DNA of 62,880 nt, counting the filler, from Asterionella formosa (Eukaryota), in assembly GCA_002256025.1 (NCBI GenBank). It is 9 parts of 9 records of this genome, joined end to end, with 100 filler letters (N's around TTAATTAATTAA, not from the genome) between each part and the next. Parts side by side here need not be neighbours in the genome. Positions count along the whole stretch, not along the records: positions 1 to 6,917 come from NKIB01012574.1; positions 7,018 to 13,933 come from NKIB01012575.1; 7 more parts are not named here. One strand, 5' to 3'. The position numbers were made by a program, and so were the translations under genes. Position 1 is the stretch's first letter. Every line of letters starts with the position of its first letter. A model generated the notes under the pieces. The model did no database searches and had not been told where the DNA came from. It saw only the letters and a program-made list of their open reading frames with translations. Below are positions 1 through 10,891 of the stretch, piece after piece.

Positions 1-786
1 GAGCATGACATGGCGTTTAAGCCCCGATCTGCACTTGGCACCTTCAAAGGGGTTGTTCCAGCTATCACTATGACCATAGGCCTTGCACATGCATAAAGAA
101 TAGACTACTGCTTCCCTCACTTGTGCGTTTTGCAGCAAGGAAGGTGCCTTTGTTGGACGCACAGACACAAAGGGTCATTGGCGAAAAGCAATTGGTTGCT
201 AATCTGCTAATGCGACAAGCAGAGCAATTGCCGCGAGCCCTTATCAGCCATTACATGTATCGAACAATACACGGCTGGCGCCTGCACCATCATCGAGAGC
301 ACCATTGACTACGTACCATGAAAAGACTTCCCACGAACGAAAAATATGCGCACATTCTTGACGTTTCCCCTGTATCACCACACATTATATATATTGTTTT
401 TCTACAACTTGAGCAATGTCGGGAATCGAATCTGTGTCTCCAGCTGGCGGTATGCAAACGAATCAAGAAAGCACAAGTAATAAAGGAGCGCGAAGGATTG
501 ATCAACGACGATGAATGCAGACGGCAGCGTTTGTGGAAACTAAATGTCACCAGACGATCGACTCGAAATGGTATGATATTCCAAATACCGGTATCTATAC
601 TGGTAATACGGTAGTCTAACAGTACTATATACGGTAAATATCAGTTAACCAGTCCAGTTGGCAAGTACTGGTACCTGGTACCAGGTACCTACCACCGGTA
701 CACAGCGACCACTCGTATGTACATGTATTTTGTATTTTACCACAACAACAAGGTGCCTGGTACCACGATGTACCTTATTTACCAAA

Positions 787-913
787 GAAGGTCCGGTAAT
801 CGAAATATTTAGCGAATCTTTGCGTCGACAAAGAACGTGTTTTACCGAGGAAGGTGATACACGGTTTTTACTTAAGTGCAGAATAAGCTAAATATCTCGA
901 TTTCCGGACCTTC
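787..913. mobile_element. Tiny MITE (127 bp) with 27-bp terminal inverted repeats
   Basis: GAAGGTCCGGTAATCGAAATATTTAGC (787-813) matches the reverse complement of GCTAAATATCTCGATTTCCGGACCTTC (887-913) at 25/27. The same right end with its subterminal sequence recurs at ~36619-36667. Confidence 0.7.
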
Positions 914-1689
914 CAGGTGCTAGTAACACTTCAAATACACAGTAGAACTCGCCGTAGTACCGGTAGTGTAAGTTGCTCGGAAGGAACTTGGTTTGTTGGC
1001 GTGCATCTTGCTTACGGTGCCCGAAATACGAAGCAAGACGATCAACCCCAACGGATGAAGTACATACGACGTGTTGGGCGTTGAAATCTTCTTTTTTTCC
1101 GTGCTGAATTTTAAACTTTGCGAGGTCCGTTCTTTCCCAAAATATTTTTATGATGTACCTCAATCCACACATTACGTAGGACTGAATAATTTGCGTGTTG
1201 GTCCACCGTTAGCAACGGCCTATGTTACTACATCTTAAAGTGTACCAGGAGCCGACAGGTGAAGCTACGTAGCGCTTTGGTTGAATGGTACCGCCTCCCC
1301 ATCATGGTGGATACCTGAAGCCCCATCCCCCACAACATGACTATAATGGAAAACACTTTGAATGTTGCAGTTGTAGCATCATTTAGCGAAGCACTGAACA
1401 CAAGTGGAATGGTGACAAATAAATAATACAATTATTGATTTCAAAGCAGAGGCAAAATACTTGCTGCTTATGAGTGCACCCCAACATGAAACAAACTACA
1501 ATGCAGTCGAAATGATTCTCACAACAATGCTGCTGGAGGAGCTGCTGACCATGAGACTGTTCATACAAGCAATAAACATGATTCTTGTTCTTCAATCATC
1601 CATGCAAGCACTCATCAGGTTGTAACCCTTACAATGAACAAATTTGCGCTGTCACTGCATTCTTATAACAAGAACAAAATCTAAAGAGA

Positions 1690-2505
1690 ATACATGCCAG
1701 TGGACACCAGCAGCAACATTAATTACAAATGGTACATTGGAAATGAAGGGAATACAGAACACCACAAGAATGCTATCAAAGTCGCCACAAGCAAAGCAGC
1801 AGGGACAGCACAGTCGACTGTATCATATGAACGGACTAAAGAGGCAATGAATCATATCTCAAGACAATTCAAAAAGGCAGTGGATATTAACATCAACAAC
1901 AATGATAATCAGAAAAGCAGCATCATCCACAATGAATGGAATACAAAAAACTCTGCAAAATAATATTGCAGCATGGACAGCACAGCAGTCCTCAACAGTG
2001 CCAAATGAATCAGCTAACGACACAATGAATAATTCAAGGCAATCCAAGTCAGCGGGTATTAGCATCAACAACAACAACAACAACAATCAGAATCATAGAA
2101 GAATCTACAAATAGCAGAATTCAAAAAACCCCAAGAAGCATGCAGCAGGTACAGCACAGCAGTCACCAGTGCCATGTGAACAGCACAATGACACAATGAA
2201 TAACTCAAGACAATCCAAGGCGGCAGACATGAGCACCAGCAACCATGAAAATCGGAATAACAACATCTACAATGAATGGAATACCAAAAACGACGTGGCG
2301 GTAGACATTAACATCAGCAACAACGTTTACCAGAACAGCAGCATCTACAATGAATGGAATACTACAAAAAAACTCTGCAAATAGTATTGCATCATGGACA
2401 GCAGCGCAGCAGTCAACAGCGCCATTTGAACCAACTAACAACATATTGAATAACTCAAGGCAATCCAAGGCAGCGGGAATTAGCATCAACAACTACTACA
2501 ATCAG
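1690..2505 (+). repeat. Degenerate coding-like tandem repeat (Asn/Ser/Gln-rich units), frameshifted
   Basis: Modules such as NNSRQSKAA-x-ISINNN, IYNEWNTK and (W/G)TAQQS recur 3-4 times across overlapping short ORFs (1694, 1902, 2169, 2350) in different frames. Confidence 0.65.
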
Positions 2506-2879
2506 ATACTCAAAAATTTATTTACCTATAGTCGATACATACTTCTATTATTATTGTACTATTATTGTCATTGTATATTTTTAATATTTTTATCGTTTTT
2601 GTTATGATTATTATTAATTACATTCTTATTCTTATGATAAAAATAATAATTGCAACATGAGCGAGTTCATGAGTTCTCCACCAACGTTATTGTCAACCTT
2701 CTTGAAGCAATTTCAACAATGTGTCCAGCCATGGAAACAACAGTGGTTGTCATGGCAACTACTAGATACTTGCAGCCTTGCCAGCTGCATTGCAAAATGG
2801 GCAGGTATCCCAGTTCAATTTCCAATCTCAATCTGATAGAGTAAACAAGAAGTTCTGATTCAGCAATCAGCAACCAACA

Positions 2880-3868
2880 CTGGCTAAGCGAACAAGAATA
2901 AAACAAGAACCTCAATTTTCAAGGCAAGACTAATGTTGGTGGAAGGAGTACCACCTCATGAACACTTCATAACACATGAAAACATGGGAAAACTTTTCGG
3001 GAAAATTTCTAGTTCCATGTAGCATATTCAGAGTGGTTTATAGCATGACAATCTAAAAAGCAATAAACAGCTGGTATGATTCGTTAAAGAACTAGTAACC
3101 TTATCTGCAAGGATCTCGACTTGCTCCTAGTACTGGTGGGTGTACTCTATATGCTAACAATTGGCGCTTCCCCTTCACTGGACTTCAAAATTTGCAGAAA
3201 AGAATATTGAACATATGTATATTTATTCATAATGAGGAGGAAGAGGATCATGATGTGCACCTGAAAGAAATTCTAGATGATTACACTTCCCTTAGACTGC
3301 CAGGAGTGTGTATAGGCTCCCCTGTTGGCTGATTGTGTGCAGATTGGCTGGAATCAACTTCCCTCCTACTACCAAAAGAACATTAACAAGGGTTCCAAGA
3401 GGTATTCATCAGTTTTTTCGAGGTGATTTCAGATCACCGTAGAATGAAATTGTCGATCAGCTACCTACACCCGCCCGGGAACAAGAAACGTCAAAAACAT
3501 AGTCGAATTCCATTCTCTGTTTCCAATCTAAATAATAGCTATTCATTTCTGGTGGGTCTGAGGTTTTATCTCTTCCATATAAAGGTTGATTTTTATATGT
3601 GATGTAGGATACATACAATGGCCTGTCTTGATTGGTCCAATACTACTAAGATATGGAAATTTATCATGGTGGAAAAGAAAGGGCATGGGGTACGATGGTA
3701 GAGTCTGTTCGAAAAGAGGTTGAATGTTCTTTTGGTATATTGAAAGGTCAATAGTTACTTCTTAAGAACTGTAACAACCTGACTTAAACCGAGCACATCG
3801 AAAATGTGTTCACACATGCTGTATACTCCACAATATGCTATTAGAGGAGGATGGTTAGTAGATACCTT
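2880..3868 (+). pseudogene. PIF/Harbinger DDE transposase remnant (plant-transposon-protein type)
   Basis: Translation across frameshifts and stops gives GKTFR..F.VP, LPG.CIGS..DCVQIGW, FEVISDHRR, ICDVGYIQWPVLIGP, VESVRKEVECSFGILK and CCILHNMLLEEDG. The remnant ends at the element terminus at 3869. Confidence 0.85.
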
Positions 3869-5480
3869 CGTCTGTAAATAAAAAATATCATAAAAATATG
3901 ATCAAGGGTATCGTACGCTAAGTGGCACAGGATTTTCACATATATGATAGTTTTTCGATCAAAAATATGATCAATGTATCATATAATTATGATCATGCAG
4001 TAAACTTTTACCGAGCTTGAAGTATGATGAGACTATCATAGTTATAATACCATTGCATCATATAATTAGTTAAACATGGTCATATGATGTGTATACTTTT
4101 GTCATACATCTATCTTAGCATGATCGTAATTCTCATCGATATCACTGTCTAAAATAGGATGAAATTGATCGAAATTTAGAACTATATTTAGCTAGCTAAG
4201 AATGGTTCTATGATTCTATCATATCTTAAGTGGCTACAGAATGTTCTACAATGCTCTCATCGCTCGCAATGATTGGTTCCGCTTTCACTTCCACCTCCCC
4301 CTCCCCCAATCCAATTCTGAAGGTTGTTGTAGTAGTGCTGGTTGCCTTGCCGTTGTTCCCCTGCTTGCTTTGTTCCATTTACTCCTGAGGGTTGTTCTGA
4401 GTTTGCATTCACGCATTTTCCTATTACTATTTAATCCGTTTCGTTGTCCCAATCATACTAACAAAGAGAAGCAATTCATTGTTAGCTGTTCATGTTTAGC
4501 TTACACAACAACATTCATTTCGCTTCTATCTTCACTTACCACAAATTGAGGAAGTAACTGATGCATATTACTGTAGAAGAATGTGTCAGTCGAAGATTGA
4601 ATGAGAAGCAAAGTATCGATCAATAAATGGGCTCCAACACTGCTGTTTGTAACTTAAAAATACTGTTTGTCTGCCATTATCCTGAAAGAAGCAACACATA
4701 TGTGTCAGTTTTTCTAACAGTTGTAGATTGATCCAAAGATGGCTGATAGGCAGCATGTACCGATTTCTTTTGTCCACAGCCATTGATGTTTGGCCAGTCA
4801 CCAAATCGAAAAGGAGCTATCGAATCACTGAAAGGGGACGAGTCATTCCGTAATTGTAATCTCAACAATTGATCATCCTGGCATATGCTCTTGACATGCT
4901 GTGGTACTATACACAGCTTGTTGATTCCGCCCTTCTCCGCCCATCATATTCACTCCTTCTTAGCCGCATGGTGTATTGTCACTTCAGTTTTTCGTTGCTT
5001 GAGATCCTTCATTTCAGGAAGTGTATGCAGCATGACAAGGAACATGAAAGGCATTTGCTCTTGACTTACCATCAATTGATTCCGCCCTTCTCCTCTAAGC
5101 CGCAAGTATCGATCATTGTGCTTCATTATCACTTTCGTTTTTTTGCGTCATCATCTGTGTTAATCCTTCAATTCAGGAGCAAAGTGTATGCATGACAAGG
5201 AACCAAATGAAAGAATGATTTCAAATGTTTCAGCCATGAATACATATATATAAAGATTTGTAAGAAGTTTAAATGTATATATAGTTGAACATTTGCATAG
5301 TTTGAAACACCCTCATGATACAGCACATCTTGTGTATACTTTCATCAATTTTGATTACACATAATTCAAATATATACAATGCATGATGAGTTCATAGTTT
5401 TCCACGACCTGTTGAGTTTTTTCAATTTTTGTTGTGTCGATTATTGTACCTACATGTCAGTGGCTGATTTAATTAAGCCC
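3869..5480. mobile_element. CGTCTG-terminus element, end A copy, with decayed intron-containing accessory ORF on the minus strand
   Basis: Starts CGTCTGTAAATAAAAAATATCAT and aligns by eye with 45501-46400 and 55140-55904. The internal part also resembles 29560-30760. The right boundary is approximate. Confidence 0.7.
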
Positions 5481-6917
5481 CTTAATAAACGGGAGTCATC
5501 ACCAATTTTTCAAATGGTCGAAATCATACATTTATGTATATAGACATATTGACCAAAATTTATATGGCCTACCGGTAGTACTGTATACTTGCTGGGAATT
5601 ATTTCTATCATGGAAATGCCACAATAGTGCAGCGGAAAACTGAATATGCTCATTTTTTTAGGATCATTTGATCATATTTTTAAGATCAATTAATCCTGAT
5701 TCTTGAAAATAAATTTTGATCTTTCATTTTCTCATCAACGACACCGTTTATAATATGATCAATATGTTATGATCAAAGTTATAGGATAAACGAATCTAAA
5801 TTCATTGATTAAAGATCATAGTTTATACCGGAGTAGTTGCTCATGTATGCAACCCCTTCCTCTCCCTGTATACAGTACAGAAGTGATAACCCCCAAGCTG
5901 AAAATTTTTATGTCTTGTAAGAATTATCGCAGCATGCATGCATTCATGACTCCTACTGGTATATACAATGCGGAAATGATGACCACCAGACTACCAATCC
6001 TATAGGTCCTGTAGAACTATCGCAACATGGCTGCATATCTTATGAAAGGGCAGGAGGAGTCATCCATGCACCTGTATCATATGAAATATGGAAATGATCA
6101 AATATAGCTAGTCTACACAAGGAGCAGTGCATCATATATGCCCTGTTATTTTAATTCCTATGAATCTAGCTCTTGATCTGTTCTGCGCTTTTTCGCCACA
6201 ATTGTTTTCATTGGCTGTTTCACTGGACAGCATTCGAATTGATTGTGCTTTGAACGAAGCAACGATCAAAGTCCACCCCATTGGAGAATGGTGAGTCTCA
6301 CAACTAATTATCAGCCAGTCATGGACTGTCTTTTGTGCACCCTCACTTGTTGTGTTTGTACTTGACTTGGCAGCTGTCAGCCAAGAGCAGCCATGGCATG
6401 TCACCATTTATTGTCTATACAAGTTTCGAATGCGTTCAGCTAGCTATGATATCTTTTGCTCCCCCCTCCTAAACACTATCTCACCACCCTTGTCATAGAT
6501 TTTTCTTTATCCTTCGGCTTCACAGGCCCAGGCTACTCAATGCCTTCATCTGCAAGGAGTTCAGCCAAGCAGGTCCACGTTGGCGTCAAGAAAACCTCAA
6601 CCCCGATTTTCCTCATATGCTCCACCCATTGACTTCTTCATTGATGAAGTCGAGGTAGCTATACTGACGACATCAGGTGGCGCAGGCTTGTGTATAGATT
6701 GATGATGCTGAAAGCATTGCTTCCTTTTCCGGTAGGTATCTATTTGTCAACATTGTTTGGTTCAATCCATTCTTGTTCCCGCAAGGAGACCAGAAGCAAT
6801 TATCCCTTTACTTCTCCTCCCAAGAACCTTCATTTCTCTTTCACAATTGTCCTGATGATGTTTGCAGAGCATTTTTAGTTCCCTTGTTTTGATTTTTCCA
6901 CTGGTTTCGATCCCTTT

Positions 6918-7017
6918 NNNNNNNNNNNNNNNNNNNNNNNNNNNNNNNNNNNNNNNNNNNNTTAATTAATTAANNNNNNNNNNNNNNNNNNNNNNNNNNN
7001 NNNNNNNNNNNNNNNNN
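6918..7017. other. Artificial contig linker
   Basis: 44 N + TTAATTAATTAA (stops in all six frames) + 44 N. Confidence 0.97.
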
Positions 7018-8661
7018 AATAATTTATATCAAAAATTCACCTCGTTTTTGTTCGTCTCCTGACAAGTGGCTGGTGGACTCCGGCAATTCACCTTTCACCA
7101 GCCATGCCAATCGTCGTCCATCATGACAGGTTTGAAGCGAAATCGCTTCAGTGATGATGCCAGTAGCGAATCGTTGTCTAACGAATGCGGTTGGTTATTG
7201 TATTGCTTGTCTTCTCGAAGGGATTCATGTAGTCGCATCGTCCATATTTCTTCGGACGAACAATGATATCGATACATCTGATTTTGGTGGCAAATTTTCG
7301 CTGCGGTTATGGTTGTGATAATGCTTAACAGATATTCTACCAGTACCGGCAGTCATCTAGTCTACATACGTACGTGGTACTAAAAACAACCATGCATGGT
7401 TTAAGCTATGCTTTAATGCTTACTTTGAACACGTTATAATATTATCTCTGTAGACTCGGTATTATTTTTACGAGACCTGAAATATTGAATTATATCGTTC
7501 ACATATTGATTGATTTTACATACCGTATGCCCAATTTCGTCCTCACAAATATAGTTCTCACTCTATCTTGCCTGCCTTTGCTCTATTCGGGCTTGCAATA
7601 GGCAACGTTCGTTTTTCCTTTATCCCATCGTCTGCTGCTTGTTATGCTAGTTGAAGCGGATCGGTGAGTAAAACAGTGAAACACTGAATGTGGATTGTCG
7701 ATCATATTTATCAACTTTCCAATTTGATTGCTTCCGTGGTTTGTTTTGATCGCTTCCATCGTTGTTTGTCGTTACGCACTGTCATTTTTTTCGATTGTAT
7801 ATATCTACATAAGAACCAATACATTTATCAATGACTACTCATTGAAGATGTGGTATTGTGCCATTGTTGATCGTATTTGTTGATTTGTATAGTCGTTGAC
7901 AATGATGTCAATTTTGCTGCCAAGCAATGCTTTTCTTGTACTAACACGCTTTGCTACATTTCTACTATGAGTTCGTATCAGAAGCTACATGAATACTTAG
8001 TAGCTAGAGAGAGTCAATAGTGCTGGAGCAGCGTGGCGATCATGCTTGCTCAGAATGGAATAATCAGGGTTGCCTGTTTGGTGGTGGGCGGAGAGGAATG
8101 ACTGTTGCGGAAATACTGCTACTGGTGTCAGGCTACTACAGCGATGCGCATGGTTGCAGCAACCAGACCATTGACGCTAAATAACGATGCAGGTCTACAT
8201 TGGGTTGAGCTTTTCTTCTTCTTCTTCTTTCGGTCTTCGATTGTATATGGTGATGGAATGTCAATGTTGCCTGTGTAAGTACTACAATGATTCACAATGC
8301 ATACGTCTCCATTGGACCTCTTATTTTTTTATTTCATTTCTAACCCAAAACAATTTTTTCTATTTCTCATTTGATGCTACTTATTACATCACGTTTCATA
8401 CTTTGGTTGCTCCAAACATCATGTTCAATTTTCATTGATGTTGCATGTTAGAATCATTCTCGTGTGTTTTACGCTTGTTGTACCATCTCTATGCATATTA
8501 CCGTTATTCTTGTTGTCATGCTAAAATCGGCAATTTTATTGCCGAAAAATTCGATGTGCCCCATATTGCCCTTAAATAAAATCACTTAAGAAATTACTTA
8601 GAGCCTAAAAATTACTTAAAAGTAGCCGAATGGCAAGACGATAGCTGGAGCGGGAATTGCC
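7018..8661. mobile_element. Non-autonomous TIR element (GGCAATTCCC family), internal part plus right TIR
   Basis: The right TIR ACGATAGCTGGAGCGGGAATTGCC (8638-8661) is the reverse complement of the left TIR at 20067-20090 (1 mismatch). 7018-7670 aligns with 20356-20944 and 8289-8661 aligns with 44223-44591. Confidence 0.8.
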
Positions 8662-8943
8662 TTCAGAGTTAAAGACTCTCCCGCTACTAGTACCTGGTAC
8701 CTGGTACTCGGGAGCAGTGTGCATACTACATAACACTTTGGCGCCACTCGTTCGTTCAACCTACGTATGTACTCGTGCCTCCCAAGCCTCGAACACAAGA
8801 ATACCATACTCGCAGGCAGAGTCTCCACCCCGGTCGTTTCGTTCCTTCAGTACCAGATGGTTTTTGCATAAATTTTTGGTTATACAATATGTATTTTTCA
8901 GTTCTCATTGATTTTTGATACTTCATTTTGTATTTCCTTTGCT

Positions 8944-9618
8944 ATGGCCATGGAGCTGCCAGACAATGAAGCAGGTGCCAGTGCCATGGCCTCATCCTGT
9001 GACGAGGCCCTTCGAGTTCCTTGCTACTGCGAAGAGAATGTATGGCGATTAGCATACAGAAAATTGCACTTTCAACTAGAAAGTGGCATGAAAGGGGTCC
9101 AATATTACGTTGTGTTTGTTTCTAGTGAGGAAAAGCTGATACCAATGTTATATCAAAAAGCTAGCAAAAGTTCGAATGAACCGGTGTTTTGGGACTACCA
9201 TGTGATCTTACTAGAGAAAAAAGAGAATGACGCTTTCGTTTTTGACATGGATACTATGGTGACCCCCTTTCCAGCTCCCCTGAACCTCTACCTGGATTAT
9301 TCCTTTAGCCCGGATGAGTACACAGACGCAGTTGACCCAAGGTTTCGGGTTATTAACGCATCCATCTTTCTGAAATACTTTAACAGTAACAGAGAGCACA
9401 TGCGCATAGATGGAGAATGGACGGCTGTACCACCGACCTATAAATGCATTCAATTGGATGCAGTAAAATCAACATCCAATCTTGACAGCTATCGAATCAT
9501 GACAGCATCAGAAAGGTTTCGTGGTCAGCGCGTTACTGATAAGTTTGGAAAAGTCATGACCATGGATGAATTAAGGGCGTTTGTCTCTAATGGATCAGCA
9601 GCGAGTATTACTCGTTAG
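8944..9618 (+). CDS. NTAQ1: Protein N-terminal glutamine amidohydrolase (Nt-Q amidase, N-degron pathway)
   Basis: Intact intronless ORF with CYCEENVWRL (catalytic Cys), WDYHVILL (His), FDMDT (Asp) and FNSNREHM. First ATG is at 8944, with an alternative at 8950. Confidence 0.92.
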   Translation: MAMELPDNEAGASAMASSCDEALRVPCYCEENVWRLAYRKLHFQLESGMKGVQYYVVFVSSEEKLIPMLYQKASKSSNEPVFWDYHVILLEKKENDAFVFDMDTMVTPFPAPLNLYLDYSFSPDEYTDAVDPRFRVINASIFLKYFNSNREHMRIDGEWTAVPPTYKCIQLDAVKSTSNLDSYRIMTASERFRGQRVTDKFGKVMTMDELRAFVSNGSAASITR

Positions 9619-10891
9619 CACCCAACGTCGAGTAAAGCCAATACATGCGAGTGGAAACAGCGAAATTTCCTGTTAGATCCCCCTTAAGGTACTCATTGTT
9701 ACAGCGACATGCCAAAAAGGCACTTGGGTAGAGTGTCTATCTGGTCAGAGTCTGATGGGTCACTTGATATGGTGGTCTTCCGGTTGCCTGGGATGTACGA
9801 CAGGAAGGGTAAAACGCTCTTTGTTGCTGAGTGGATTTGAGCTTCGAAAGATTATACAAATTTGATGCCTGTATTGTTTTTATGTGCAATATGAATATTG
9901 ACTTTGGGTGAAAGGGCTCCCGAATATGCCCTTGCAGCTAAAAATGTTTGTTATCGAAATGGGAATCACTGAAGCATTGTCTGGATATAGTGTATGGACA
10001 TACAGTCAGCATCACAAGTGACATAAATCCAAATGTTATTTCACATCAATTGGAATCTTTTCAGTTCTGACCTTCACATCGCATTTTAGCAAGATCATTT
10101 TACCCTTACCTTTGCGTCAAACCGTTTAGGTGACAGCAACTGCATCAGCGCTATCATTAGCTAAGTTATTTATATCTTGAAGTTCGTCTAGATTCGCAAT
10201 AAGAAGAAATAGTCTGTGTATTGATCATACCTTTGTCACCTTCTAAATCATTGCCTATGCTGTTATCCTGAACTACCCCGTATTCTTTACAGACAGATAC
10301 ATCATTATTCAACGTGGTTTCATCAGCATCTCAATGCTGTAAAGAAATCTTGTCGACCAACAAGCAAAAATACTAGGAAGAAAGTAGGGAATTTTAGGTT
10401 AAATTAACTGCCCCTGAGGGTCATTTTAGGTTATTCCACACCTAATTTTCAGGAAATGATTGAGAATATTTTCTCGTCCTATGGCTGGGTGCAAATTTTG
10501 AGGACATCGGGTAGGCTCATGTAGACCTGGTACAACGGATAACCCTAACCCTTGTAAAATTTATGATTGAGCGCAAAAACGCTTGTTGTTTTGCGTCCAC
10601 AATGGCCATCATTGACCGTCGCTTTTCTTTAGACCACATAACGATCTCGCGGATCCAACTCCGGTTCGAGATTCACAATCGTCTTTACTAATAGAATGAG
10701 TCGATGGATCCGCGAGGTCACTCATTCTCATTTAATTTTGAGCTATTTCAATATTATCTGTTCAGAAAGTTCCTACCGACAGAAATGGATTCCAATCGAG
10801 CTCCTGTGTGACCACATGCACCTGAGATTCAATGTCGAAGATGACATGAAGTTCACCAAGACTATGTTGACAAGAACGATTTTTAAAATTC

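Noticed and set aside
6430..6917. Possible tyrosine-recombinase remnant on the minus strand (IATSTSSMKKSMGG)
   Set aside because: Only a vague resemblance to HSxRK, with many stops and no other catalytic motifs.
6962..6973. Regularly spaced TTAATTAATTAA palindrome about every 7 kb
   Set aside because: Always centred in identical N padding, so it is a synthetic six-frame-stop linker.
7018..7160. 143-bp contig-end inverted repeats as true TIRs of a 6.9-kb element or linear replicon
   Set aside because: The same sequence is internal to another element copy at ~20356, so it is not a terminus.
10540..10552. Chromosome telomere (TAACCC x2)
   Set aside because: Only two units and internal to a contig.
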